Assembly (NCBI RefSeq): GCF_001194135.2
Contig: NC_068987.1
Coordinates: 109,606,982 to 109,670,981, forward strand
Length of the DNA stretch: 64,000 nt
Direction of reading: 5' to 3'
Source of the DNA: Octopus bimaculoides
Taxonomy: Eukaryota
Below the pieces are notes generated by a model. It ran no database searches, had not been told where the DNA came from, and saw only the letters and a program-made list of their open reading frames with translations. The position numbers and the translations under genes were made by a program. Shown piece after piece: positions 39,500-52,967 of the stretch; positions within the stretch are counted from its first letter, which is position 1; the number at the start of each line of letters is the position of its first letter.

Positions 39500-39769
39500 T
39501 GGGAAGTTAAGTAGTTGTGGTTGATGAAAAAAGGCAGTGGTAGTATCAATAATTGTCGGAGCCCTGGAAACGGTGAGCAAGAATCTCGAGAAGTACGAGG
39601 AACAAATAGGGGCTGCAATAAGGGTGGAGCACTTGCAGAAAACACCACTGCTTGGAACCATTCGAATACTCCGGAAGGTGCTCGGAAAATAAGAGGTGTT
39701 ACCTTAGTTCACTGGTAGTGAACAGCTGACACCGTAGTACATCTCCAGCGTTAGAAGCTGTGCAAAGGC

Positions 39770-39830
<61 letters not shown>
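39500..39830 (+). mobile_element. Dong/R4-like LINE 3' end with (AAT)n tail
   Basis: VVSIIVGALETVSKNLEKY...LQKTPLLGTIRILRKVLGK*, then UTR and (AAT)n. Confidence 0.85.
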
Positions 39831-39831
<1 letters not shown>

Positions 39832-39936
39832 CTTAGTTTTTATGTATAGTTGCTGTTTATTCCCAACTCGAATGAGTTCCTTGCATGCGGCTACATTATC
39901 AGATAGGACAGCTAACATCAAAGCTGTGTGGGAATC
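39832..39936 (-). CDS. TRPN1: TRPN1-like exon (DSHTALMLAVLSDNVAACKELIRVGNKQQLYIKTK)
   Basis: atgcag acceptor, GTATTA donor, 105 nt, phase 0; ankyrin motif. Confidence 0.85.
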
Positions 39937-40133
39937 CTGCATTGAAAGAACATGTTGGAAAGCGGAGCTGCGAAAAGCATCAATCATAGATATCATAGAA
40001 TAAGAAATGCGAAGACGGATGGACTTCTATGTGGTCGTTGGGCCTTCCAGAAATAAGAAACAACCGCCAAATCTTTAAATAACACCCGCGTTTTAAAAAG
40101 GGCTACATTGGGTAATGCAGTTCGATACACACA

Positions 40134-40178
<45 letters not shown>

Positions 40179-41072
40179 ACATAGATGTGTGTGTGTATAA
40201 GCTCCATTCGACCCATGCAGGAATGGGAGGGTGGATGTTAAAACAGTGATGATGATGTCTGTTGCTATAAATACCCTCGTGCTCCAGAGGTGTAAATACC
40301 AATGCAAGCTGATTACAAGTTTTTATCCTCTTCTTAACCGTTGCGAGTTAAAAAAAAAATATTGTCGGGTAATTTCTTAGACTAGCCTTGAAGTCGCCTT
40401 TCAGGGGGCATTCAGGCTGGCTCCTGCGGAGGGCACCTTTGAGGCCTTCGGGCTGCATCGCGGCCCCTCTACCCTTGTGTAATGAAACTTATTTCTGCAA
40501 ATGTGATCAGCACTGATACTGGTCATAGTTTAATCATTAAGCGTAGGAGAGAAATAAATGCAGTAAAAAGGAGCGGAGTGTTAGTGGGGCCCCATTTAAG
40601 CGGCCTTGAGAAATTGAACCTCCTTACGATACTCCCTAGGGGTTTATGGTATGAAATTCATTGTCATTGCTCCGATTTGGTCGCCAATGCCATGTATTTA
40701 GCTTAAAATGCAGTAAAAATAGGAGTCAGTAGGGCCTTAAAATAATAGACCTCCTTAGGACATTCCTTGGGATAAGGCGAGTTGCTGGTTTGAGTTTCGT
40801 TGTCCTTGCACCAACGGTCTAAGAGAAGTTAACGAACATAAAAACGAAACAGAGAAACATCACTCAAATTTGTATTAAGATTAGCAGAAATTGCTTCAGG
40901 GTTGAGTCAAGGATCTAGAATGTTGACAAATTGCTTGGCCTGAAACCCTAGGCCCTTCAGTATTTACTCCTCAAACTATCACAGCTAATAGCAATAACAT
41001 AAAATGCATATACTCTGCGTCATGTACTGAATTCTCTTTTTCTTGTTTGTAATAACAAATGCATTTATGTAC

Positions 41073-41127
<55 letters not shown>

Positions 41128-41274
41128 GCGGCATGGGTAAGATCTGTATTTCTATTAATAGAGCTTCGCCTGTTCTCAAGCAAAATCATATTTCCCCATG
41201 ATAAGACATGTTTTCCACGAAAGAAAAGTCCTGCTGGGCTGGACGTATCATTGGCTTCACAGACAACACATCAG

Positions 41275-41508
41275 GCGGCGAGCTGGCCGAGTGGTTAGCA
41301 CACCGGGCGAAATGCTTAGCAGTATTTCGTCTGCCGTTACGTTCTGAGTTCAAAGTCCGTCGAGGTCGACTTTGCCTTTCATCCTTTCGGGGTCGATAAA
41401 TTAAGTACCAGTTACGCACTGGAGTCGATATAATCGACTTAGTCCCTTTGTCTGTTCTTGTTTGTCTCCTCTATGTTTAGCCCCTCGTGAGCAATAAAGA
41501 AATAAGAC
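41275..41508 (+). mobile_element. tRNA-derived SINE family B
   Basis: Head ggcggcgagctggc..gttcaaattccg; core gaggtcgactttgcctttcatcctttcggggtcgataaa. Copies near 20416, 20608, 48960, 60050, 60215 (+) and 3255, 8635, 9120, 26680, 56770, 62065 (-). Confidence 0.88.
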
Positions 41509-41828
41509 AACAGATGAACTCATGCAATTGCGAGTGGTACCCAAGAGATCAGAATAGGCCACTTGGAAGGTCTTTATAAATGATGGGAAGACAATTTTAG
41601 TTAAGTAATTGGGGGCACACACTAGACTGAAACTTCTTCCACAAAGGTTAGCGAAGTTCTGATAAAGCATTTAGTTGAACAAACCGATACCAGTACTTAT
41701 TTTTCTAAGTCTGGTATTTACTCTATCGATTTCTTTTGCCGAGCCGCGAAGTTTCAGGGATGTAAACAAATCAACACGGGTTGTCAAGCAGTAAAGGGAT
41801 ACACAAGCTGAAAGACACACACAGTTAA

Positions 41829-41861
<33 letters not shown>

Positions 41862-41862
41862 A

Positions 41863-41950
<88 letters not shown>

Positions 41951-42463
41951 ATGTATATATCGGTCTCTTTTGCCGAACCGCAAAGTTACGGGGACGTAAA
42001 CACACCAACATCGATTGTCAAGCAATGGCGGAGGGACAAACATAGACACACGAATCCACTCACATGACTTTGGTAGGCCCGAGGCTATGGCAGAAGACAC
42101 TTGCCATAGGTGCCACACAGTGGGACTGAACCCCGAACCATGTGAAGTGCATAAAATAGATATCACTTAATCAACGATGTACAATCAAAAGCCCAAACAT
42201 GCAAATTAGGCTACTCACAACGGTGCTAACCTAATTTATAATTACCACACACGCACACACACATGGCAAATGAGGATAAATATAGGATAAAGTCCACAAC
42301 ACTGAAAGAATAGTAAAACGTTCATGCGAATGAAGCAATGTTAAACAGGATGGACGAAGCAACCGATAGGATTATGATAATTACGTTTATGATGAGGAGG
42401 AAAAAAATATTAACAACGACGGAAAAGGAGACAGAGAAGAAGCGTTGACGTTGTTTATCGAAC

Positions 42464-42577
42464 CTGATTGGTATTTAAAGTCGTGTCAGCACCGACGGAT
42501 TTTAATAGGCAGGTAATGATACCTATCGTTGGGTTAGGTTTTGAACTTGCCCAGTGCAGCGGTATGTTCTTCTTGGG
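42464..42577 (-). CDS. TRPN1: TRPN1-like exon (PKKNIPLHWASSKPNPTIGIITCLLKSVGADTTLNTNQ)
   Basis: ctttttgcag acceptor, GTTCGA donor, 114 nt, phase 0; ankyrin-like PLH motif in the expected collinear position; not in the ORF track. Confidence 0.75.
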
Positions 42578-42699
42578 CTGCAAAAAGAAGAAAAAGAAAA
42601 CGAGATAAAGATGCTTGAAAAACAGAGTGAAGTGTCTTGTATTTCATATATAAGTTCTATTACTTATAGAGTGATACGTACGTTGAAAACATAAGCAAT

Positions 42700-43010
42700 A
42701 TGGAGCTATGGCAAAGAACAAATCAAGTTCCGATTAGAGAGCAAATATTTAAGAAAAAGTGGAAGTGGATTGGTAGCACAATTATAAAGGACACACCAAA
42801 TGCAGCGAAAAGCGCTTTACAGTGGAATCCGGATGGATATAGAAAGAGGGGTAGACCTAAGAACTTGTGGCGTAGATCAACACAAAAAGAACTAGAGAAA
42901 GGGGGACATTCATGGCAGAGTATAAGAACAGAAGCGAAAAATTATGCGACATGGAATGCAATTATAAGTGGCTTATACTCCGCGTTGGAGAGTTAAAGGC
43001 TTGTTACTTA
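42700..43010 (+). mobile_element. RTE LINE 3' fragment
   Basis: KKKWKWIG...ALQWNPDGYRKRGRPKNLWRRS. Confidence 0.85.
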
Positions 43011-46000
43011 CATACGTTGAGCTGCGCAAAGTAAGTATTTGACGAAAACATACGTATATTTTTTACTAAAGTAGATTCAGAAAACATTTATGCAAATATA
43101 AACAAGTGAGGAAAATTGTATTTTGAAAAGCAAAGGAGCAATCATAATAGTTGTTAATAATTATGTTTATAGTACTAATTAATAGTTAATCATAATATAG
43201 TGCCCAACAATTAATTTCAATTATTTACTTACTGACATGTCATAAAGTCCAACTACCTATTGCCCGTAATGGGATAGACCAAGGTCCAGCGTTCGATATA
43301 ATTGGTCAGTTGAATTTAAAAACAGAGGTCAAGCTATTAAGACCGTTAGAAGAGTAGATGAAAATAAAAAAATAAAATAAATAAAAGTATGGAAAATTAT
43401 TAAGAACAATTATGATTACTTCAAAACGTTATGGCACTCTCACTCCCTCTTTCTCTAAACCTATTGGCGTATCCCGTTATTGTAAATTTTTTTTATTACT
43501 TATCCACCCTGTTACCCCCATAGATAAATTAACCCACCAATTACTATTTTAAGTTTAGTCATTTACTCAAAGTCCGAAAGCGACACATAAACAAACGGGT
43601 ATGATTTAAACATATTCAGCCTTTCATCTTCTTCTCGAGGCTCTTCTTTTCTTTTATGTATTTTTCTTCACTCTGATGAAGCTCCGTGTTCCAGATCGGA
43701 TGTATTACCAAATATAATGAGCATTATTTTAAGAATTTTCAATGGCAATACCGTATACCATTGGAAGCAGAAATAGCTGTTAGATGGGATACAGTCTATT
43801 TGTATTGAATTAAAAAATAATAATTGATGTAAGTCAGTTGTTGTTGATCAATATTTCTCCATTTTCTGTTTACTTTAAATTTCATTCCTGATAAACTCAT
43901 GTCTATCTTTGTCATTTCCTGTAACCTATGAGCATGATATGCTTATATGTATGTCCAGGGTTAACATAGGTAATTATACCGGTAGTATAACGGATACTTT
44001 TATCCCTTAGACGGTTATTCCATCGTCTAACTCTACTAGCCTATATATATATATATATATATATNNNNNNNNNNNNNNNNNNNNNNNNNNNNNNNNNNNN
44101 NNNNNNNNNNNNNNNNNNNNNNNNNNNNNNNNNNNNNNNNNNNNNNNNNNNNNNNNNNNNNNNNNNNNNNNNNNNNNNNNNNNNNNNNNNNNNNNNNNNN
44201 NNNNNNNNNNNNNNNNNNNNNNNNNNNNNNNNNNNNNNNNNNNNNNNNNNNNNNNNNNNNNNNNNNNNNNNNNNNNNNNNNNNNNNNNNNNNNNNNNNNN
44301 NNNNNNNNNNNNNNNNNNNNNNNTGTGTGTGTGTATATATTCATACACGCGCGCACACACAGACTTATATAAATTAAGAGAGAGAGAAAGAGAGGGGGAA
44401 GCAGACATATTCTTTTACTCTCTCTTACTTGTTTCAATCATTTGACTGCGGCCATGCTGGAGCACAGCATTTAGTCGAACAAATCGACCCCATGATTTAT
44501 TCTTTGTAAGCCTAGTACTTATTCTATCGGTATTTTTTGCCGAACCGCTAAGTTACGGGGACATAAACACACTAGCATCGGCGTGGGGTGGGGGACAAAC
44601 ACAGTTTCTGTCTACCAAATCCACTCACAAGGCTTTGGTCAGCCCAAGGCTATAGTAGAAGATACTTGCTCAAGGTGCTACGCAGTGGGACTGAACCAGG
44701 AACTATTTGATTGGGAAGCAAGCTTCTTACAACACAGTCACGGCTGTGCCTATATGTATATATAGTTATATAAATACAAAGGATTATAGTAATAGAGAAA
44801 CTGTACTATAGGACATGGTGGATTTGCATTAGTATGCTTTGCAATTAAGCGAAAATGCACTCAGTATTGTTAAGTACAGTAGAATGATGTTGTTTATTTA
44901 AAGGTGAGGCTGTGTGGGTCGTTGGTCGAGGTTTCTCGTATCCGGTCCTCAGACGATTTATGAAGCAGAGATTAATGGTTACAAACTTTGACAAGGTTTA
45001 TTGGTCAAACGTATTGGTAGTTAATAATGTGTGGGCAAAGGAAAGAGAAGAGAGGAATAAAGGAATTTTTAAAAATAAAAATACAAAAAATAGAGAGCTG
45101 TAAAGAAAAAGGAGACAATAAACTGAGAAGTGGAACGAAGGCAGAAAAAGCAGAAGTAAAACGGAAGAAGACGTAGGTGGGGGGCCGAGAGAAGGAAACG
45201 TAGAAGATTAATAAGAAGGAAAAGAAGAATTAGAAAGGAAAGAAGAATGACAAGCGCCATGCTCATCATCATCATCATCATTCTCATGGCTGGTAGTAAC
45301 GGGGGAAGGAGAAAAGAGGAAGAAGGAGGAGGAGGAGGAGAAGAAGAAAACGAAGATTATAATGACGAGAGAGAAAGAGATGGATAGGAGGAGGAGAAAG
45401 AGAGTGAGGAGAAAGAAGACAAAATGGAGGAGAAAGAAGACAAAATGGAGGAGAAATGAATAAAGAAAAAAGTAGAAAAATGTTGAAAAAATCCCAAGGA
45501 AGTGGTGCTACAAATGTTTAGACATTTCGGTAGATTTGAATTAAGAGGCATTTGTGTGCAGTGCAAAATTTATATGGTTTGATGGCTCAATTGACCTGTG
45601 GCTGAACAAGAAAAACATAAGTGAGGGATGATATGAAGGAGTCAAGAAGGCATCGTATGTCTTACACTATCTTTTTGTTTTGATGAATAGATTTATAAGA
45701 AAAGAAGAAATTGGTGGATTTATATGAAAAGAGAGTCAGGAAAAGAAAAAGAAAATGAACGATGGGGGTCTATGTCGTGTCATACGAGGGCGAATGTTGT
45801 AAGTCTCGAAGCTTATAGCTGGCTTCTGTGTTTTCAAGGTTTAGAGGCTATTTTGATAGTATATCTATGCACAAATACTGCAGTACACACACACACATGC
45901 ACAAACTCACACACACGCACAAACACCTCCATATGCATGCATACTCGTACAAATACAAAATACATAAAAAACATAAAAATGCAGATATACAAAAACGTAT

Positions 46001-46249
46001 CAGTTTACATCTGTATGAGTAGGAGTGTGTGTGTGTATGTGTGTATGTATGTGTGTATGTATGTATGTATGTGTGTATGTATGTGTGTGTGTAACATGTG
46101 TGTATGTATGTGTGTGTAACGTGTGTATATGTGTGTTTGTGTGTAGCATGTAATTCAATCTGTAAGTATATATATATATATGTGTGTGTATATATGTTGG
46201 CATGTCTATCTCTGCGTGTATGTATGTATGTATGTATGACTATATGTCA

Positions 46250-46710
46250 TGCCTGGTCGCTCTCGAGCGCTACTAGTAACATGTAATTCAATCTGTTGCA
46301 TAGTCGGGTCGTCGGCAACTAAACCTGTATCACCGCCAAGCCTGCTTGGATAGTAGCATACTTTTTGCACACCAAACGGGATGAAAGACAAGACCCGTAA
46401 AAGGGTGGATGAACTCAGGCGAGTCCACAACCATCCAACTAAAATCACTGGGAGTGATTAGTGCCTAGTTGTTCTCACAGCATCCTTCGTGGAGAGGGAC
46501 ACTCTGGTGTAAATCTTGCGGTTTTACATGATTTACTGTTCATCTTGCTCCGGCCTGTCACTGGGTACTAACCGCAGAGACTCCGAATGTGACGCTCGTG
46601 TCGCACAAGCGATCATCATATGAGCCAATGATGTACAGATGACTCTTCATTGTGACCTCATTAGTGATTCCATTAACCGAAAGACCTGTGACAATGGAAG
46701 AGTCGTGATG
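46250..46710 (+). mobile_element. Probable RTE-type LINE 5' UTR fragment
   Basis: gggtcgtcggcaactaaacctgta and gggacactctggtgtaaa motifs recalled from RTE 5' ends; no ORF. Confidence 0.35.
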
Positions 46711-47724
46711 TACTCTCTCTCTCTTTTACTCTTTTACTTGTTTCAGTCATTTGACTGTGGCCATGCTGGAGCACCGCCTTTAGTCGAGCAAATCGACCCC
46801 AGGACTTATTCTTTGGAAGCCTAGAACTTATTCTATCGGTCTCTTTTGCCGAATCGCTAAGTTACGGGGACGTAAACACACCAGCATCGGTTGTCAANNN
46901 NNNNNNNNNNNNNNNNNNNNNNNNNNNNNNNNNNNNNNNNNNNNNNNNNNNNNNNNNNNNNNNNNNNNNNNNNNNNNNNNNNNNNNNNNNNNNNNNNNNN
47001 NNNNNNNNNNNNNNNNNNNNNNNNNNNNNNNNNNNNNNNNNNNNNNNNNNNNNNNNNNNNNNNNNNNNNNNNNNNNNNNNNNNNNNNNNNNNNNNNNNNN
47101 NNNNNNNNNNNNNNNNNNNNNNNNNNNNNNNNNNNNNNNNNNNNNNNNNNNNNNNNNNNNNNNNNNNNNATATATATATATATATATATATATATATACG
47201 ACGGTCTTCTTTCAGTTTCCGTCTACCAAATCCACTCAGAAGGCTTTGGTCGGCCCGAGGCTATAGTAGAAGACACTTGCCCAAGGTGCCACGCAGTGGG
47301 ACTGAACCCGGAACCATGTGGTTGGTAAGCAAGCTACTTACCACACAGCCACTCCAACGCCTATATGTGTAGGCTGAATTTGCTGAAAATGCAGTTATTG
47401 AAATTTGCATCGGGGCTGCATAGTCACCTGGGATGTCATGGACAGAGTGTCAGAAATTCCATTGACAACGAGGAAGCAAAAGAGGCGGCAATCGTTTAGA
47501 AAGATTTGCACGATTGTATGATTGAATACAGGTATGCCTGATCGGGGTATAATCCGGGTATAATCAAGCGTGGATAGCTTCGTATATGAAAGCATGACGA
47601 AATCAATCAAGAATGTTTGTTTAAAATATTGGCTTCATATTCTTAAAGTGTATAATTTCTATTCTGCATAAGCTGCAGCGCAGAATTGATTTCATAAATA
47701 AAATCTGTTTTAAAGGGTACTTAC

Positions 47725-47823
47725 ACCTCCAGCTATTAAGGCATCTGCTTTCTTGGACACAAGAAGTTTCACCACATCGTCTTTCGATGAGACAGCTGCC
47801 ATTGCCAGAGCTGTTCGTCCATC
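47725..47823 (-). CDS. TRPN1: TRPN1/NompC-like ankyrin exon (DGRTALAMAAVSSKDDVVKLLVSKKADALIAGG); most 5' exon found
   Basis: ctatttcag acceptor, GTAAGT donor, 99 nt, phase 0; corresponds to the NompC repeat DNYNVLHIAAMYSREDVVKLLLTKRGVDPFSTGG (recalled sequence). Confidence 0.85.
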
Positions 47824-47862
47824 CTGAAATAGAAGACATAGTAAAGAACATTATTATTATTA

Positions 47863-47940
<78 letters not shown>

Positions 47941-48449
47941 CCATTATTATTTATTTATTGATTTTTTCTTCTTTCTTCAAATTTTCTTCNNNNNNNNNNN
48001 NNNNNNNNNNNNNNNNNNNNNNNNNNNNNNNNNNNNNNNNNNNNNNNNNNNNNNNNNNNNNNNNNNNNNNNNNNNNNNNNNNNNNNNNNNNNNNNNNNNN
48101 NNNNNNNNNNNNNNNNNNNNNNNNNNNNNNNNNNNNNNNNNNNNNNNNNNNNNNNNNNNNNNNNNNNNNNNNNNNNNNNNNNNNNNNNNNNNNNNNNNNN
48201 NNNNNNNNNNNNNNNNNNNNNNNNNNNNNNNNNNNNNNNNNNNNNNNNNNNNNNNNNNNNNNNNNNNNNNNNNNNNNNNNNNNNNNNNNNNNNNNNNNNN
48301 NNNNNNNNNNNNNNNNNNNNNNNNNNNNNNNNNNNNNNNNNNNNNNNNNNNNNNNNNNNNNNNNNNNNNNNNNNNNNNNNNNNNNNNNNNNNNNNNNNNN
48401 NNNNNNNNNNNNNNNNNNNNNNNNNNNNNNNNNNNNNNNNNNNNNAATG

Positions 48450-48850
48450 GATGTTGTTTTCACAGCGATAATGCTCTTCTCAGTACATGAGTCGTTCCAG
48501 TTAACATGATTTTTTGCACTTCCTGTAGGGATGGTAAGCCTGGTATCATTTTCAAATAGGTTCCAGTACCTTTTTTTTTATCATTCCTAGAGATCCTACA
48601 ATCACTGGTATGGTAGTCGCCTTGAGGTGCCACATTTTTTCAATTTCTATTTGCAAGTCTTTATATTTACTGATCTTGTCAAATTCTTTCGCTGCTATAT
48701 TATGATCAGAGGGAATACTGATGTCAATTAATAAACACGTCTTCTTCGTCTGGTCTTTTATAATAATATCCGGTTTAGCCTTTTAAATTTTGTCGGTATG
48801 TACGGCGAAGTCCCAGAGAATCAACACATTTTCTCCCTTAGTCACAGCTT
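48450..48850 (-). mobile_element. Dong/R4-like LINE endonuclease/C-terminal fragment
   Basis: ILWDF..KPDIIIKDQTKKTCLLIDISIP..VIVGSLG..QKIMLTGTTHVLRRALSL*; (TTA)n flanks. Confidence 0.88.
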
Positions 48851-48898
48851 CAGGATGGGGTTTATACCATTTGTCAGCGGTTTTGATTTTATAGTGCC

Positions 48899-48964
<66 letters not shown>

Positions 48965-49119
48965 TGCCTTTCATCCTTTCGGGTTTAATAAAATAAGTAT
49001 ATCATTTGAGCACGGGAGGGGGGATGTATTCGACTTACCCCACTAAAATTCCTGGCCTTCCGTCAAAATTTGAAAGAATTATTACTATAATAATAATGAT
49101 AACAACAGTAATAATAATA

Positions 49120-49400
49120 GATGCCATAGGAATGATAGCAACTGCCCATATCCTACGTAAAATGCTGTCTTTGTAATCTCAGATTTTAAAACAAACTCAT
49201 AATTTTCTTGATTTCTTAAGCATTCTCTAGAACAATACTATCTACAAAACCAAATATACGACACCCTAGGCATAACACCAACATGAACTTCTAACTTGTT
49301 GTCTCTTGAGGTCTCCGAGTGAGACTTGGAGCCAACTTGTACAAATGCAAAGCAAAAGTCAAACATAGAATAATAATAATAGTAATAATATAATAATAAT
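49120..49400 (+). mobile_element. Dong/R4-like LINE 3' end; same UTR also at 13372-13545
   Basis: ATAHILRKMLSL*, then a UTR nearly identical to 13372-13505, then (AAT)n. Confidence 0.8.
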
Positions 49401-50861
49401 AATAATAACAACAACAACATCAACAACAATAACAACAGTAATTGTTGTTGTTGATGTTGTTGTTGTTGTTGCTGCTGTCATTGCTGTTGTTGTTAGGGCG
49501 GCAGAAATGTTAGCACGCCGGACGAANNNNNNNNNNNNNNNNNNNNNNNNNNNNNNNNNNNNNNNNNNNNNNNNNNNNNNNNNNNNNNNNNNNNNNNNNN
49601 NNNNNNNNNNNNNNNNNNNNNNNNNNNNNNNNNNNNNNNNNNNNNNNNNNNNNNNAATGTAGAAAGGGTAGTTTGCTGTTGTTTTTGTTTTTATGGTTTA
49701 CTCTGCTACCCAACAAATCGCTCCTACTGGAATTCACCGATGAGAAAATGTATTCAATGACCAACATTACTCTTTTACTCTTTTACTTGTTTCAGTCATT
49801 TGACCGCGGCCATGCTGGAGCACCGCCTTTAGTCGAGCAAATCGACCCCAGGACTTATTCCTTGGAAGCCTAGTATTTATTCTATTGGTCTTTTCTGCCG
49901 AACCTCTAAGTTACGGGGACGTAAACACACCAGCATCAGTTGTCAAGCGATGTTGGGGGTGGGGGATAAACAGACACACAAACACACACACACATATATA
50001 CATATACATATCTACGACGGGCTTCTTTCAGTTTCCGTCTACCAAATCCACTCACAGGGCTTTGGTCGGCCCGAGGCTATAGTAGAAGACACTTGCCCAA
50101 AGTGCCACGTAGTGGGACTGAACCAGGAACCATGTGGTTGGTGAGCAAGCTACTTACCACACAGCCACTAACATTGACAAGTTTTTCTTTAAGCTATCGT
50201 ATCGATGGCTACATAATCATGGCTGTAAATATCCTCTTTCCCTTTTAAGGTGGTTGAGTGTGTTTTAGAAGAGATTTTAAACTCTTTCTTGAAAGTCAAG
50301 TAGCAACCCAGAATAAAGGTTCTCAATTATTTATTTTTGTTTCTTTTTTTTTTTGACCTTTGGATTACTATCTCATTCTATGGCTCCTTGAGCCATTCAG
50401 TATTTAAAAGAGAGTTATACAGATACTTCTTTCAAAATTCCTGTTTTTCACCCATCCGCTTGTGTAGGTTCGCAAGAGAACTCATCGAGCGAACATGTTT
50501 CAGTGGCTGGAAACATATTAAACTATGTTAAATGTTAGAGAAATAAGCGTAGTTGTCTCCTGCAATTAATACGGCCAAGCCAAAATCTTTTCACGGACCC
50601 GTAAAATACTCCTATATACATCTAATTTACTATTTTGCATGCGTGGATTCCGCAAAATCTTACACGTATCCCCAGGGGTCATATGGAACCCAGTTGAGAA
50701 CCAGGGTCTCATAGACTCCCTCTTTCGCTCGTTGTCGTTGTCGTCACTTTTGCTGTCGTTGCTTAACTCCAAGTCATTTCTCATTGACAAATCTATAATG
50801 GAAGGTGTTACAACCGTGACTATCTTGTCTTCTTAAATTTATCTAGGACTACATCATTTAT

Positions 50862-52967
50862 TGTTGTAGGGAACTAGTAATAATGGTACACCCCACCCAC
50901 GTGACGAATGGAATAACTTAGTCACTATCAGTAAAGAGAGTACGTAGTAGGCGGTCAGAGATAGTCGTGTCTTTACTGGTTTTACTAAGTATGCTGTACA
51001 CCGAAGAAGGCGTTATAACAATCCAACATTTCAGGGAATATAACAGCGGCGACGAGGATTTGAACAGCTCACGAGGAATTAGCAACTCACGAGGAGTTAA
51101 CAAACTCACAAAAGATTTTGCTGAGCGAATTTTATGGAAAACAAAAAATCGTAAAATTATGGAAAATTTGTTGGCCGGTTTGCTCGAGTTGCAAAAACAG
51201 CATCAACAGCAGCTGAAAGAACAGCAGCAGCAGCAGCAGATAGACCTGCAACAGCAACAACAAATAATATTACAGCAACAAATGCTGCAATTATTGAAGT
51301 CGTCAGGAAAGTCATAAAAAGTGTTCTCGACAGACTGAGTGGCGAACTCCATAACANNNNNNNNNNNNNNNNNNNNNNNNNNNNNNNNNNNNNNNNNNNN
51401 NNNNNNNNNNNNNNNNNNNNNNNNNNNNNNNNNNNNNNNNNNNNNNNNNNNNNNNNNNNNNNNNNNNNNNNNNNNNNNNNNNNNNNNNNNNNNNNNNNNN
51501 NNNNNNNNNNNNNNNNNNNNNNNNNNNNNNNNNNNNNNNNNNNNNNNNNNNNNNNNNNNNNNNNNNNNNNNNNNNNNNNNNNNNNNNNNNNNNNNNNNNN
51601 NNNNNNNNNNNNNNNNACAGCAATTATGCACTCTCAAGAAAACCAATAACTTTAATGACACAATAGATATATTGTGTTAAAATTTTCAGTGAAAAAAGCT
51701 CATTGTTCAACACACGTTGGAAGTGTCTGAACATAGAGAAAAACAACAACGAGGACTACACCACATATGCTGGTAGAGTAAACAAGGAAAGCGAGAAGTT
51801 TGAACTGGACGAATTAACGCCAGATATGTTCAAATGCCTGATTTTTACACGGGAGAAAAAGTAAACATTGTCCAAAAGTAGATGTTCCGTGGTCGAGACT
51901 GCACATTGATTTCGCTGGTCCGTTAAACGGTTCATACTACTTAGTAGTGGAAGTTGATAGTTTTTCGAAATGGCCTGAAATTTGCAAGTGTAAAAAACCA
52001 ACCTCTTCAACTGTGATAAATATTTTACACGAATTGTTTGCAAGATTTGGCATCCCAGACAAGATAATGTCAGACAATGGAACGCAATTTGTGTCTAGCG
52101 AATTAATAAAATTTTGTGAAACGTTTGCGGTAGAACATATACCTACGGTGCCATACCATCCCAGATCTAATGGACAGGCAGAACGCTTTGTCTATACCTT
52201 CAAAAGAGCCCTAAGAAAATCGAATAAGGAAGTCACGACTGAGGTAGCTCTACAACAATTCTTAAGAGTGTATCGTGTGACATCAAATCCGAATACACCA
52301 GCGGGTAGCTCACAAGTAGAGCTGATGTTTGCAAGGAATGTAAAATAAGTTTTTGCTAGGGAAGACATAGCAAGATTCTTTAAAGTTGGTGAAAAGGTGT
52401 ATATGACAGCATATAAGAATGGAAAGCAGAGTTGAGAAGATGGCGTAATTACCAAATGCATAAGTAAAGTGATGTATTGGGTAAGAAGCAGAAAACGCAT
52501 ACAAAAGAGATACAGGAACCAACTGAAAAAAAGATTCGTGGAAAATGAACCAAAGAAGTTGGAGAAACCGACAGAATGGTTGTATGATACGTTCCAAGTA
52601 CCAACATCAGTGCAGGTGATTGAATCCAGGTGTACAAGTGAGAGAAAAAGAAAACAAAGTTCCTGAAAATAGAGCCAAGGGAAGAAAGTATCAATTGTAC
52701 CAAAAAAAACCCCAAAAAACCTCAAAAAAGAGAGGTGGGGGAATAAAAGATTATTGCTGAATAAAACGACACTTCCTAAGAAAAACTTAAAAGGGGAGAT
52801 GTTGTAGGGAATTATTAATTATGGTACACTCCTCCTACGTGACGAATGGAATAACCTAGTCACTATAAATAAAGAGAGTACGATAGTAGGCGGTCAGAGA
52901 TAGTTGAGTCTTTACTGGTTTTACTAAGTATACTGTATACCAAAGCGGGCGTTATGACAATCCAACA
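50862..52967 (+). mobile_element. Internally deleted Ty3/gypsy LTR retrotransposon
   Basis: LTRs 50862-51028 and 52800-52967 (TGTTG...CAACA); PBS-like ggcgacgagga; PPT aaaaggggaga; Q-rich gag start; flanks tttat/ttttt. Confidence 0.92.
51947..52348 (+). pseudogene. Integrase core fragment of the LTR element
   Basis: VDSFSKWPE, FARFGIPDKIMSDNGTQFVS, PYHPRSNGQAERFV. Confidence 0.9.

Noticed and set aside
46250-46335. HDV-like ribozyme at a putative RTE 5' end (cgc-tctcga-gcg, gttgc/gcaac, ctaa)
   Set aside because: P1, P1.1 and P2 could not be paired consistently, and a 17-bp duplicated segment interrupts the fold
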